Source: Takakia lepidozioides (lineage: Eukaryota; Plantae; Bryophyta). From it: a DNA stretch of 64,000 nucleotides. The stretch covers positions 62,248,001-62,312,000 of the forward strand of contig CM060731.1 in NCBI GenBank assembly GCA_030704615.1, in the 5' to 3' direction. Below the pieces are notes generated by a model, which saw nothing but the letters and a program-made list of their open reading frames with translations, did no database searches and was not told the DNA's origin. Position numbers and translations under genes: made by a program. Every line of letters begins with the position of its first letter. Within the stretch, counting starts at the first letter, position 1. Shown piece after piece: positions 1 to 13,316 of the stretch.

Positions 1-1052
1 GAAGTAGAGGTCTGAGCGAATTAGTGTTTTCTGGAACACTTCTGTAGTATTCCAGATAAGGTTACTTACGAGACTGCAATGGATTTGCCATTTTAGCTAA
101 TCTAGAACTCTCAACGTGCACTTAGCAACTGGAGGAGACTAAGTATTATTTCTCTACGTACTATCCATATCCTTGGCCTTTATGGAGATTTGTTAAGCTG
201 CATGTTATGACTATGCCATGTCTTCTTAATTTAACGATGGACTGGGATATCTTCTGGATATCTTAACATCATCTACTACTCTTATGTGGTGCCCCTGCCA
301 ACTAATTGGAAGCCCCTGGAAGGAGCCTCCACTAACTTTTGCCATATTCAGTCTACCTGCAGCTTCAGTTCTCGCTGCCTTAATGTATCAACAGCAATTT
401 TGTGCTTTAAGCCCTTCATGCTGGTTTCTTGCAGTGTGTCACCTCTTCTCCTCTTCAGGATCGTGTTTTCTAGGAAGGCTGTTTGGTTGACCTCTCTCCC
501 CTGATTTTTCTTTGTGTGTTGCTGTACCCCCTGGCTCTGCAATGCTCAGCATTTCTTGGCTTGCCAAGGTTGTCATAGATGTGTTTTGTTTGTATAGTTT
601 GATTGGGGGTGTTTCGTCATTCCTCAAACAAACAAAGATGTTTAAAGGAATGAGAAGTTTAAAGGAATAATTGAGTATGAAAAAGCCCAAACTGCTTCAA
701 GGTACAGTCACACTTAAAAGTACTTGAAAGCAACACTTTTTGAGGACCTATCCTCTCTGCATCATAGATAAGTCATTATCTTCTATGCTGGACTGCAAAT
801 TATTCTGAAATTACTGGTGCATTGAAGCACACCTCTGTGCATCATCATTCTAAACTTGGTCTGCTATCCATCGACTGTCTTTTTAATGGCCACTTCAGCA
901 AGATTTTTGGGGTACCTATATTCTCCGGAGAGTCCGATGCAAAACCAGATGGAAAGGTTCGAAACCCTGTTTTTATCAGCGTGGATTTCAGATTGAAGCA
1001 CATTACGTACCAAGGAAAGCATGTTTCCATATCTGAATCACTTGATTTGCAG

Positions 1053-4000
1053 AGTGTCGAGGAGAGAATGGCATCAAAGTGAGACCTTCAGCCCTTAGGA
1101 AACGCGAGGAGAGGCTCACTCGCTTGAAAGACAGTGGTACTCTTCTGCCCTCCGTACACGAGTACCTGCTTACGTACCTAATTCCATTTCTTGGTCCATT
1201 ATGTCATTGCTTATTTAACACCAGCTCCTCATTCAGTGACATTTTCTACTGTCTGGAGTGGACGAACACTAATTCAAAGTGTTTGTTTGCTGTAATGCAA
1301 TGCTATGTATTGAATCGACAAGTCGCCATATTGTCCATTTCCAGTTGAACTATGATTGATCTGTATGGGTTTTTCTTAGTCTGGCAAGGCCAGTTTCCTT
1401 TGAACATGCAGAGCCACTGATCATCTTTAGAGGCTTTGTAAGTGAATTGGACACAATGAAGTGTATAGCCGAAGTACACATAAGTTCAAACATACAAGGA
1501 TTGTTTTGTGAAGGCTGCTTATAAGGTACAGGGCATAGTACCCTACAGATTATTAACCTTCCCGTAGCATGTTGTGTTCTTTCAGCCCAGCAGAGCACAA
1601 ACCTCAGCCTCAAATGCAAGAACAATTGAGAAAAATTACATTGAATAGTGTTTGTTTTAGTGTCTGCTGACATGTTTCTTCTCTCACTGTTATCAAAATC
1701 AAGTGTTGTGGGCTTAACAAACTAACGGATTCTTTATTTGAAATAGGGCGAAGGCTTGCAGTTGCCTGGACACTTGCTGCGGCCTGCCTGGTGGGTCATG
1801 CACACTACTTTTTAGGAGCCTTGGCCCCAGCATGGCTCCATCTGTTTCATTCAACAGGGTTCCATGCAACACTGTCATTCGCTGCATTGGTTGGCCCGGG
1901 ACGCAAGTTGCTAGTGGAGGGCTGGCAAAGCCTATGGCGAGGTTCGCCCAACATGAACACATTGGTGGGCTTGGGGGCATTTTCTTCATTTTCTGTCAGC
2001 ACAGCTGCTGCACTCTTGCCCAAACTGGTATATGAACCCTTATTGTCTACTTTCACACTTTACACCCTGATTCAGTTTTTTGTCTGAGACTGAAGGAGGT
2101 TGTTTCGTGGCAAGGAGCACATGAACTTCATGGAACATTCTTGTTTGTCATTGTTCAGATGCTTCAAACAATGATTATATCTACTTGCTTACTTGTGTTA
2201 CATTGAAAATGGTTCACACATGTGTCGTTGGGGTTTTGATGCAAGAGCTTGTTCATCGCCTTCACAGTCAATCTGAATTCTGTGACCCTGAATGCATTGT
2301 CCAGGGATGGCAAGCGTTTTTTGAGGAGCCAGTGATGCTGCTAGCATTTGTCCTGCTGGGGAGGGCAGTGGAGGAGAGAGCAAAACTGCAGGCTACCAGT
2401 GACATGGCAGCTCTCTTGAATTTTTTGCCAGCCAAAGCACGCCTGGTTGTGGGGTCAGCTGATGGCAACCAACATCATACTATTGAAGTTCCCTGCGATA
2501 GTCTATCTGTTGGAGACTCGGTTGTTGTGCTGCCAGGGGTGAGCATCCATTTACTACACGCTTACAAGACTGCATCCTCTTTCTTCAATTTTGCAGGAGT
2601 ATTGCAAGTAACATGGCTGTATCTCGTTGTAGTGCACACATATGTATTCAATTCAGTACTTTGAAAGTAGGGATGAAGTTCCCAGCCTTTATCTGTGCCA
2701 GGATCGGATTCCAGTTGATGGTGTGGTAAAGGGAGGCAGGAGCACTGTTGACGAGTCCAGTCTTACAGGAGAGCCTCTGCCTGTGTTGAAGCAGTCTGGG
2801 GTAAGATTCTCTTCTCTCTTCAGCAAATGACTGTGCAAAGTCTCAGCTGCAAAAACGTATGAAATCAAAATGTATGGAAAGATCAATCTCCTGTCAATCT
2901 TGACTACAGTTACTAGTTACTTTCCCACTTGAGGTTCTTGCTGTTCCATGCTTGACACTTGTAGAAAAGTGATGTGGGACCTTTGACTCGTTTTCTTCTG
3001 GTGTTTAAAATACATTAATTTTTCCATCAAAGGATGAAGTGTCAGCGGGGACTGTGAACTACAACGGCACCATGACGGTGGAGGCGCGGAGGCCAGGGGG
3101 TGAAACAGTGTTGGGTGACATTGTGAGGATGGTGGAGGATGCCCAGACTAGGGAAGCCCCAGTGCAACGCCTTGCTGACAAGGTCCCTACTCTGTAGAAT
3201 ATTTTCTCTCTTTCTTTCTTTTTTCCTATCTCTTGCTGTTGTTTGAAGGACAGAAACAGAGACATCATCAACTGTATTGCTTTGCCAGAACAACATGTGC
3301 CTAGCCTTGCAGCCATAAACTCCATGTGGTATATATTTCTTGATTCAGTGGCAATCTTTGTCTGGGTCGTCAAATTTGCAAAGTTGAGCTTTTAGTCAGC
3401 TCGTTCTTAATACATGAGCAGCACTAGTAAGCTCTTTATAAACAGTGAACTAACTGAATGTAAATCTGTGAGGGTATGGTATGTATTGCACTACCATCGC
3501 CAGTTCAGCATCAATGGTTTTGTCTTTCCAGAAGGAAAACCACAGAGGCTGATATGTACTCATGTTGGTTGGAGCAATCGTCCAATACTACGGGGTTTGG
3601 CATAGAAGGGAAAAACTAATGGATACACGTGGAAACTTGAGTTCAAGTGAAGCCACAGTCTGATGATAAGTAGCTCATGTATGGTCAGAACAGCCACTAG
3701 AGGCATAGTACCAGCATGGTCCCAGATGGTTACTAAATATTTTTATACCAATGCTGGGGTCTATCCTGGGACTCATCCAATTCCTATACTAATAGCCAAC
3801 CACAAGCGGGTTACAGGGATGATTTACTATTGACTTGTTATTAGAGTAGGAAACCAATTAAGCAAATATAGAGAGAAGGGGGACTGATGCGACAGGTGTA
3901 TGTGCCAGGTGGCAGGCCAATTTTGTTATGGGGTAATGGCACTGTCAGGTGCTACCTTTGCTTTCTGGACCACACTTGGTCCTGCACTGTTTCCAGCAGT

Positions 4001-7000
4001 GGTGCCAGCTGGGGGCGCACTCTTGCTTGGGCTCCAGCTTGCTTGCAATGTCCTGGTAAGCACATGAGCATCTTTCTTGCTAGGGTGCATATTTTCCTAG
4101 CTATTTCTCCTCGGCTTTCAAAGTAGACCCTGCAGATCTTGGACTGCTTAATCTACTAGAGAGAAGACTGCCGTTGAGTGATCGACCATTTTGTTTGCAT
4201 GTGAGCTATCACTAAGACAACATAGCCAACTTTGTGAAAACCCTCTATGGGCTACAAGAGGTTAGAAACCCAGGAGGACTACATTACAACTAGCGTTACA
4301 AGGGACTGCCTCTCCCCGCCCCACCTAATCCGCATCTCTTCTGCTGTCTTTCTGCGTAGTACTATTGGTACTTGGGGAACTTACGCTGAGTTTCAATTGC
4401 AGGTGATTGCATGCCCTTGTGCACTTGGCCTTGCGACCCCGACAGCTGTTCTGGTATGCATAAAACTACCTCCAAGAAATGTACTCATAAGATGTTGTTT
4501 GCCGTAGCCTGTACCTCCAAGGCAGAAAGATATCAAGACAGACACTTTATTATTTCCATGGGGAAGCCAGAAAGCATGACAGAAGAAAGAGAGTGGCAAC
4601 TATTGATTAAGGGCAACTATTGATCAAGGGATTGTCGAAGTCAACACCTCGCGTAGATATGTTGCCAAGAAAGGAATTTTCTGAGCTCAAAGAACTTATG
4701 CAACAGAGAAAAGAGAAGACAGAATCAACAGAAAAGTGAGGCCCCCAACAACTAACCAACACAACCTTGTATTTCGAGAGCCAGAGAGAGAGAGAAAGAA
4801 AAAGAGAAGAAAGTAAACTTTATAATGTCTGAAGGCCATCCCAAAGGCCTAGGGACACAACATCCATAGGGGGCCCAGGGGGGCAATGAGAACAACAAGA
4901 AGATGACTAGAGAGAATCCAAGCTGCTTGGTTTTTTTGCCATTCTTTGTAAATGCTGATGAGAAAGTTTGTGGCCGTAGGTGGGCACATCACTTGGGGCA
5001 CGGAGAGGTCTGCTTATCCGGGGAGGCGACATTCTTGAGAAGGTTTCTGCCATTGACACAGTGGTGTTCGACAAGACTGGTACCCTCACTATTGGACGAC
5101 CTGTGGTAACGAAGGTGGTACCCAGCAACAGCTTGAATGATGATGGCACAGTTAATTCAGGCAATGGTGATCGGGATCCCAATCTGAGGTAGGCTATAGA
5201 AAGAGAAGAAGAAAGAAGAACATTGTTATGTCCAAGGGAGGTCAAAGGGGTGATGGGACACACTAGAACACCAGAAACCAAAGAACAAACCAAACCGTTG
5301 CATGAAGGAAGGAAGAATCTGTATAAAGTCCACAGGGAGCCCCCAAGGACCCATGGGACAAAGTAGCACATCTAGCAACCACTGCATAGAAGACCCTTAA
5401 AAACCAGTGGACCCAAGAGAGGGCTTTCCATGAGGACTTTGGCCAATAGTGTATAGTCCCTGTGGGATACTAACACTGAGTTGACAGTGGAATTCAAATC
5501 ATCCGGGTTCGGAAATTGCTTAGCCATGGACAATTGGATCACGGAGTAAACTACATAACATAGTAGAACACTGATTCTGATACCTACACTGTACTGGTGA
5601 GATGGGGGCATGTGGGGCTGTGCACTGCCAGTTGCTGTATATTCTGGAAGGCAAGTGAAAGAATGAAGAAACTTGACAACGCCCACACAGGGCCCTGAGA
5701 AAGAGAGAAAAAGGAAGAGATCTGGAATGTTGTTGCAATAAGGGCATGAAGTTCTTCGTGTGCCCCTATGTCACTTTCCGTTTTCTTAGGTGGGATATTG
5801 GTTCTCATGTCCCAGAGCTCCAAAATGGACAGAGAGGGATTTGCTGTCTTTGGCTGCTGGTGTTGAGCGGACAACATCCCACCCTATTGCAAGAGCACTG
5901 GTCCAGGCAGCAACACTGGCAGGTTGTCAGCAAGCTGAGGTATTTTTTCGAATTTAAACTTGAAATGAGTAATCGTGCTACTCTAGTCTCTGTTGCTGTC
6001 TGTCTGTCTCTATTGGGCATATCCTAACTTCATTTTCATCAGACAATCTCATGGCAACAGACATGGCTGTGGACACTACAGCCTCTAAGTCAGATTTATC
6101 CAGCAGGGTCAAGGCTTGCGGATCCAGGTCCAGGTCCTTGAGAATCTCTTCTACTCTCTTCTGCCAGGACTTAGCCTGTTTGACAGGGCGGTCCTGTTTC
6201 CAAGATATAGAGTCGATTAACTTAGGATATCTGGTGTTGGGCATATGTTGCAGCTGACCCCACCATCTGACCTTGAATTCATCTCGTCGGGAGCTTAAGG
6301 ATGGAATGCCAAACTCACCCCGAACAGCCACATTGGCTGTTTTGGAGCATGCTGACATACACTCCTTAAGCACCCCCACTTGAATGGATTCTAGAGACTT
6401 AGCCTGGTTGGAGTTATCAACCCATATAGCAGATCCGTACTCCAAGGCAGGTCTAATAACGCGACAAAGCATGGTTTTCTTAACCTCAGAGTTGACCCCT
6501 CTGCAGTGGAAAAATTTAGTGAGCCCCAGAGCTTTGCCCTTGCCAGTTTGAACAACTTTCCGGATATGTGCATCCCAATTACAATTGGAGGAAAACTCAA
6601 CGCCCAGGTAAGTGTAGGAAGGGAGGACCGGGATCTCTTGGCTACCCCACTGCCACTTAAGATCACTTCCTCCCTCTCCTCTGTCGTTGAATGCTACCAC
6701 TGCACATTTTCTGACATTAGCCTCTAGCCCCCAAAGATCAAAGTATCTCTTCGCGCAATCAATCAACTCCTGGAGATTGGTTGGAGTCTCCCCTATGCCT
6801 GCGAAGTCATCCGCAAACATAAGGGCTGGTTTCCAGTCAGTGACATGGGGGAGGACATCTTGGATGACCTCAAGGGTCTACCCACTCTCGGCACTAGACT
6901 GAAATTCAAACTCAGGGCAGGAAGCCTACCTTTGAACAGCAAACAGAAGCAGAGAGGAAAGGGAGAGTGCAATTGCCCGCTGTGTGGGCAATCTGAAGAC

Positions 7001-10000
7001 AGTATTCACTTTCTGATACACTGTCCAGGGTTCTCTCACCAAAGAGACACTCTCTTCAATTCTATCAAGGGAATTGTGCCTGTACCCCTGTTTAACAACT
7101 TTGAAAGTCTCGAAGCTGAGCCAAATGCCCAGGCCCTCCTGAGGCCTAGTTTTTGGGAAAATCACACACAGCAGATTGATGCTTGTGTGAAGGGATTTCT
7201 AGAGGATATCTGGAAAACCCGGATTAATTCTATATATGATGGTAAGTCACACTACCAACGTCAGCCCCTGACAGAGGTAGGTTCTGTCCCTTTTGTTCCC
7301 GCTCAAACTGGGCGCGGGGTCAATGGCCACAAGGCTACGGCAAACAATGTCTTATGAGTACAATCTGTTGGGCATATCACACACAGCAGATTGATGTTTG
7401 TGTGAAGGGATTTCTAGAGGATATCTGGTAAACTCGGATCAACTGTGTATTCCAAGTAAAGTCATACTACCAGCGTCAGCCCTTGACAAAGGTAGTTTCT
7501 GTCCCTTTACGTTCCGCTCAAACTGGGCGCGGAGTCAATGGCCACAAGGCTATGGCGAACAATGTCTTATGACGACATTCTATTGGGTGATTAAGGCTAC
7601 GGCAAACAATGACTTATGAGTACAACCTATTGAGTGATTGCTCAAGTGGGCTTGGAATCTGGTATTGGGTCAACAGGTGCAGGACAGTACATTTGAGCAA
7701 GAGCCGGGGAGTGGAGCAACCGCAATTGTGGATGGCAAACGGGTTGCAGTGGGCACATTGGCCTGGGTCAGTAGGTATAAAGTCAGATGTCATTTTTTCT
7801 TTGTCTTGTTTTCTTAGTGGTAGAAAGCATCCGCAGTCCAAAAGCAGTCTCAGTTTTCATTCTCATGTGTCCAACATAATGTTATGCTCAAGTCTCATAC
7901 AAGGTAGTTGTTGTCATTCAAAACTTTCTAGGCAATTCCTTTACCTGTGTGAAATACAGGTATGGGGCCAATGGGAGTGCTCCTGAGGTTATTGATGCAG
8001 CCCTTCAAGGACAAACTGTGGTGTACATAGGTAATAGCCCCTTTCCTTGCCCTGTCAGACAAGCACAGTCAATATTTTGTTTTCATTGAAGAGTGCTCAT
8101 TGTTTGCTACCATTTGTCATGTCTTTCTCCTATCAATCTGAGTCTCGTGTGGGCTTGTCTAAAGCAAGCCCACTTTTGTCTATCAAGCTCTCCACAGTGT
8201 TTGCCACTTCAAAGTGTCATTATGATATTGGTTTGTTTAACCTCTATGTGATGATATTTATCTGTTCGCAAGAACACTTCTTGACAAGGCAATGTGAGAG
8301 AAAAGTTTATGGATCTACTGGGAACACTCCAATTCTCAGAGTATATCAGTGATATTTACTGATGGATATGATGGCTGACAGTAGGTTGTCTGATTGGATA
8401 CAATGTACATGCTCCAAATTCATGTGCAATTGGTTGCATGCATTGTCAGGGGTGGATGGCGAGGTTGCAGGAGCTATTACCATGAGGGATGAGGTCAGGG
8501 ATGATGCCAGGAGAACTATCAATGCCCTCCACCACATGGGCATTGAGACATCTATGCTGTCAGGGGACAAGCAGGAGGCTGCTGAAGCTGTGGCCGGAAA
8601 AGTGAACATCAACAAGCAACAGGTGAATTGCTTGGAGTCATGCTGTGATTCAACATTTTTGTATGCAGGGCTGGATCACTGTCCATTCCACCATACTTTT
8701 TCACCTTACAACTACATTATCATGAGAGCCATTCATAGATAGTTGTTTTTTTCAATGCCAGAGCCATTTATTTTCGCCTCCAGAAACCACTCAAGGGAGT
8801 GTGAAGCTGAGCTCAAAATGGCCAAAGTGTGCATGCACATAAGGATAATCAGACTGCTAACTGAGTGATGATTTTTGGGGGTTGGCATTGTCAACATTTC
8901 AAGGGAGGCCTTCTATCTTCATAGATGTGAGACATTGCAGTTGCAATGCTAGTTACCCTGTAGAGAGAAGAGGCTATCCCGAGAGAGGAGCAGTCTTCCC
9001 CTTTTTTTGTTAGCCAGGGTTCTTGGCATGACTAGGTGAGACACTTTTGACTACAAATAATTCTGTGCAATCCTTCACTGTGAGCTCCCTTCTAGCCCCC
9101 CAGCAGTCATTCTGAAGTTGTTTGAATCCATTTCATAAGGTACATGCTGGGGTGAGGCCATTTGAGAAGGCAGAGTACATTAAGCAGCTCAAAAAAGAAA
9201 ACAGAAATGTGGCTATGGTGGGAGATGGCATCAATGATGCAGCAGCATTAGCCCAAGCTGATGTAGGCATTGCGATGGCGGGCGGAGTCGGAGCAGCCAG
9301 CGAGGTTGCATCCATTGTCCTCATGGGTGACGGGCTCATCCAGGTTGTTTTTGTCTCTCTTATCCTTCTGTTTATTGCATTCAATGTCATGCAAATTATT
9401 TACTAGGGCTTAGACTGTGGATAGTGACCCACTTGTAGGGTCTATTCATACAGATCTGATTGCAAAGGGAAAAATTTGAGGGGGCAGGTTGTGGACGCAT
9501 TGGAGCTAAGCCATGCTACTCTGAAGAAAATCAAACAGAATCTGTGGTGGGCCTTCATGTACAACATTGTAAGTGCATTTCCTTGCCAGCTACCTGTACT
9601 GCATTAGTTAGGTCCCACTATGAAAGTGATACTCCCGGTCAGGTTTGGGCTAAGGGCTACTCTATGCAATCTACCCTGCTTCAAAACTGGGCTTCTTCTC
9701 ACCAAGTTGGTTATAAAGATTCAGGACAGAACCATGATGCCTGTGAAGCCACCTTGAGATGTCAATGTGGGGGGATGCAAGTATGCCAGGTCCAGTCTGC
9801 TTGATTCATCCTCCTCTTATAAAGAATTCTTGTCTTTCCACTAATTCTACATTCATATGTGCATCTTGGCCAGGTGGGATTACCCATTGCAGCCGGTGCC
9901 CTTCTACCCTTGACAAATACAATGCTTACCCCATCTCTTGCGGGTGCGCTTATGGGGATTAGCTCACTAGGAGTTATGGCTAACTCACTGCTACTCCAGT

Positions 10001-10194
10001 TGGAATTCCATCGACCTTCTCATAGTCAAAAGTCCTCCAGCTCTGTAATATCTCCACTACCATATGCTGTGAGCAATAGTAAAACATCGCCACAAATGGG
10101 TCCTAGTAGTCAAGACCATGGAGCTCAATCAGAAGATGATATTGAAAAGGGCACTCGCCCTCAAGAACAAAGGGGAAAATTCGCTGGTCACTGA
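1053..10194 (+). CDS. PAA1: Chloroplast-type copper-transporting P1B-ATPase, PAA1/HMA6-like. The 5' exons (transit peptide, HMA domain) were not found and probably lie before the window. Exons: 1053-1136, 1747-2027, 2305-2538, 2702-2800, 3033-3182, 3909-4055, 4403-4453, 4980-5188, 5816-5939, 7677-7774, 7960-8030, 8450-8622, 9140-9343, 9488-9568, 9874-10194
   Basis: The spliced GT-AG exons join in frame and give [45 protein letters not shown] (CPC metal site), DKTGT (phospho-Asp), [17 protein letters not shown] and MGISS. The [11 protein letters not shown] and AVAW..CLVGH segments resemble Arabidopsis PAA1 more than PAA2 or RAN1. Confidence 0.93.
6024..7363. mobile_element. 5'-truncated, 5'-inverted non-LTR retrotransposon (RTE/RTEX-like) in an ATPase intron
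   Basis: The minus-strand segment at ~6024-6830 encodes the RT C-terminus (FADD, YTYLGV, RPALEYG). The plus-strand segment at ~6870-7357 encodes the following C-terminal zinc finger (CPLC..ED..HFLIHCP). A 15-bp TSD flanks it: TCTATTGGGCATATC (6009-6023) and TCTGTTGGGCATATC (7364-7378). Confidence 0.88.
7379..7625 (+). repeat. Two further 3'-end copies (~200 bp and ~33 bp) of the same LINE
   Basis: 7379-7577 is a diverged repeat of ~7163-7360. 7593-7625 repeats the terminal AAGGCTACGGCAAACAATG.CTTATGAGTACAA. Each copy is followed by CTATTG.GTGATT. Confidence 0.85.
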
Positions 10195-11142
10195 ATGCTT
10201 ACCATGTGTTCCGTGGCCTTTAAGGTATAATGTATCCAAGAAAATAGGATCTCTTGGTGATGTCCCCACTCTCTCCTCTCTCAATCCTCCTTGCTTTTTG
10301 TTGGTGTTTCAGTTTGCTGTTGTAATGAATATTCTATACCCAGATTACAATTGAAACCACTTACTCACGTTCTAAGGCTGTGTCCGAACATGCCACAAAA
10401 GATGAGATAACAATGTTGAAACTGGTGCCTCCCTGATATGTTACACATGGCTCCATCCTAGTAGTAGGATGTCAACATTTTAAGAGGGCCGCAAGCAGGC
10501 AATCTAAATAGACCGGTCAAACTCTGAAGTGATTTTATCCCTTCCATAGGTGAAGATCCTAGTACACATAGGCACTAACAGTCAGTCTGATTGGAATCTC
10601 CAATGGGTTGCCATAACTGTGAGATGGAGTGGTAGGCTTCCTTACATCAACTTTTTTTGGCAGGCTAAATCAGTTTCTCCAGGTTGAAGAGCTTCTTTGT
10701 CACACTACATAAGTTCTAAAACAACATTTGCTAAGTCTCCCGAGGAAAAATCAATCTAGCTCCCCTTTTGGATTTTGAAGTTGGTAGAAATGCAGTCCTG
10801 ACTATGGCCTGTATCTAATGTTATGCTCAGATTATGAAGCATGTGGCCCAATGCGGCCATCCTGGTACCTGCACTGGACAACGTAAAATGCAATCAGAAG
10901 ATCAGCAGCTCAGAATCTGCATGAATCTGGCATGCAACACCATATTGAACATGAACTACGTTCATAACGTTTAGATGAGTCTTCAATCATAATGATGGAA
11001 GATAGAATTATAAAGTGACCTACCCAATTTGGTGCTGCGATTGCTACCTCTCTCTGCCACGATTGTCGCGGCCCTCCAGTGAATATTTCATACCTGAGAT
11101 TCGTCCGGCTGGCCACAATTTCTATAGGGCCCCGCCATATTA

Positions 11143-11334
11143 GGGCCGCTTTACACTAGGGCCCAAGCCCAAGACCAAGTGAGAATGGAGCATTCCCATT
11201 GGCGGAGGCCTGAAAATTGGGCCCAACAGCTTTACACTACGGCCCCCAGCCCAAGAAAATGGAACTCGGTCATTTGCCTACATGGCACCTACATGGCACA
11301 AGTTTTGGGCTTGGGCCCTAGTGTAAAGTGGCCC
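11143..11334. mobile_element. PIF/Harbinger (Tourist-like) MITE, 192 bp
   Basis: 30-bp TIRs GGGCCGCTTTACACTAGGGCCCAAGCCCAA and TTGGGCTTGGGCCCTAGTGTAAAGTGGCCC, with TTA duplicated on both sides. Confidence 0.88.
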
Positions 11335-13316
11335 TTAGACAACTAATTTCGCGATACAAGCTTGACCTTGAGCCTAAAACGGCGATGGGCTCTCGAGGAG
11401 GAAGGTGAGAGTAAGGGGCATGACTCAGCACAATCGGACCACATTTTCTCCATTCACTTTAACATGTTGCAAAATCTTACACTTGGGTCTTTTTATAAAG
11501 CTATGCAGGATTTTTATTTTTTTTCTCTACAAGAGAGCCAACAAATCTTCCATTAGTTAGTCTAAGGTATGTAGGACAATGGATAATACCGATGTGTTTG
11601 AGCAAGCATCATTTAGGTCACAATGGATTGTTATCGAATGTGGAGTGATGTGCAGGATTAATATATTCAGCATTTATGTTTCTGAGTACACTTGGAGAGA
11701 AGGAAAGAAAGACAGTTTCTAGTACGGCCAGGGAAACCCAAAGGGCTGTCGAAGGCCACAAGTACAACAACACCGAAGAGAAAGATTGAAGATATATAAC
11801 GCCCGCATGCGGAAAGCCCTCCCGGCCACGGTGAAAACAATAAGAGAAAAGTAGAAGATCAGGGCCGAACCAAAGACGCAACAGCTTTCTAAGCCAATTT
11901 CTACATTCGAAAGTACACCAAGTAACAACGGGATTCTAATTTGAGAGGCACAGCAGAAGCAAAACTGATTTGAAATAGACCGTCCCCTGGAGCAACATGG
12001 TTTTGACATTTTGTGACACCAGCACTGAGTGTAAATTATGAGAGTTGAATGCATGGCCTACAGCTATTACATAGTCAATTCCCCTTTATGGCCATTTCTC
12101 TCAAATGGGTAGCTGCTACATGCTCACTGCCCAGGCAGTAGCAAAGGGGAGTACAAAGTTGATCTGTGATTCGTGGGGGACTGATCACATGAACATGGAC
12201 TTCAATGGAAACTACTTTAAAACAAGAGATGATATGCGTTTTGGTCTCCATGAATTATGGGTAGGTAAAGGGGAGACGGTGCCGGATCCAGCACTTCGTT
12301 CTAAAAGACCGAGTTCTCAAGTAGTTTTGATGCTTTTATGAGGATCACATGCCATCCAGCTATTTTCAACAAATCTTTGACATGCTATCTTGAACTTCTT
12401 TCTCTGTCTTCATCCAGTCTAAGTCAACATGGGGCCCTGGAGTCACCGTTTGTCAAGGCCAACTTTGGTTTCCCAGCTTCATAGCGCCCAAAATATCGAA
12501 GGATCTAAGATCTAACGGTCCCGATTCTCTCCCGATTAGACAATTTAATCTGGCTTTCAGTCGAAGTCTTTCACTTGGATCAGAGCGACGACTTCATTCT
12601 GACTTCGTTTGTTCTAAAATATTGCCAAAAGAAGAGTTTCGTCGAAGAATGAATCTTATCGAATTTTATGCAGGCCCCTTAGTACAACAGCGATCTTCAT
12701 TCATGAATTGACATGCTGATCTGTAGTTCAGATTATTAAAACGAAACAAGTGTGCCATCTCTACTCTCCACGGACTGTTGATCAACAATCGATCTTGTTT
12801 GTGTAGTCACTAACGTCTGCTTCTTCCGTTTTCTCAACAGCACTTTTTTCTCAATTTAAATTCTGATGAATGGAGTTCGAAAAAAGATCAGAGTGGTCGC
12901 CAGGGCCAACTCCTGCATCACCACGTTAGTGGGAATCGACCACCGGTAATTAATATGTTTGCAGGTCCCTGATTACATGATTGGGGTACCCATGATCTCG
13001 ATCTTGACTACCATGAAATATAAGTTCTGGAGAACTTTCTCAGTCTAGCTGCTAAGAGCTATCTAATACTAAGACCAGGGACAAATGTCTCGAGCGAGTT
13101 CTAGAAATCCAAACATGTATTTTACAAAGAACTAATAGGAATTTCCGTTTCTCAGATCCAAGCTGCTTGGTAATCACTTGGTAATCAATGAGGGATGTTG
13201 TCGAGAGATAAACAAAGGATCACGCGACAGTTATCCCAAGGTGACGGGTCAAATGTCCCGAGTTCCACAAATGCATGTATTGTACAAAACTATTCAGAAG
13301 TTTTGGTCGTTTTTCA

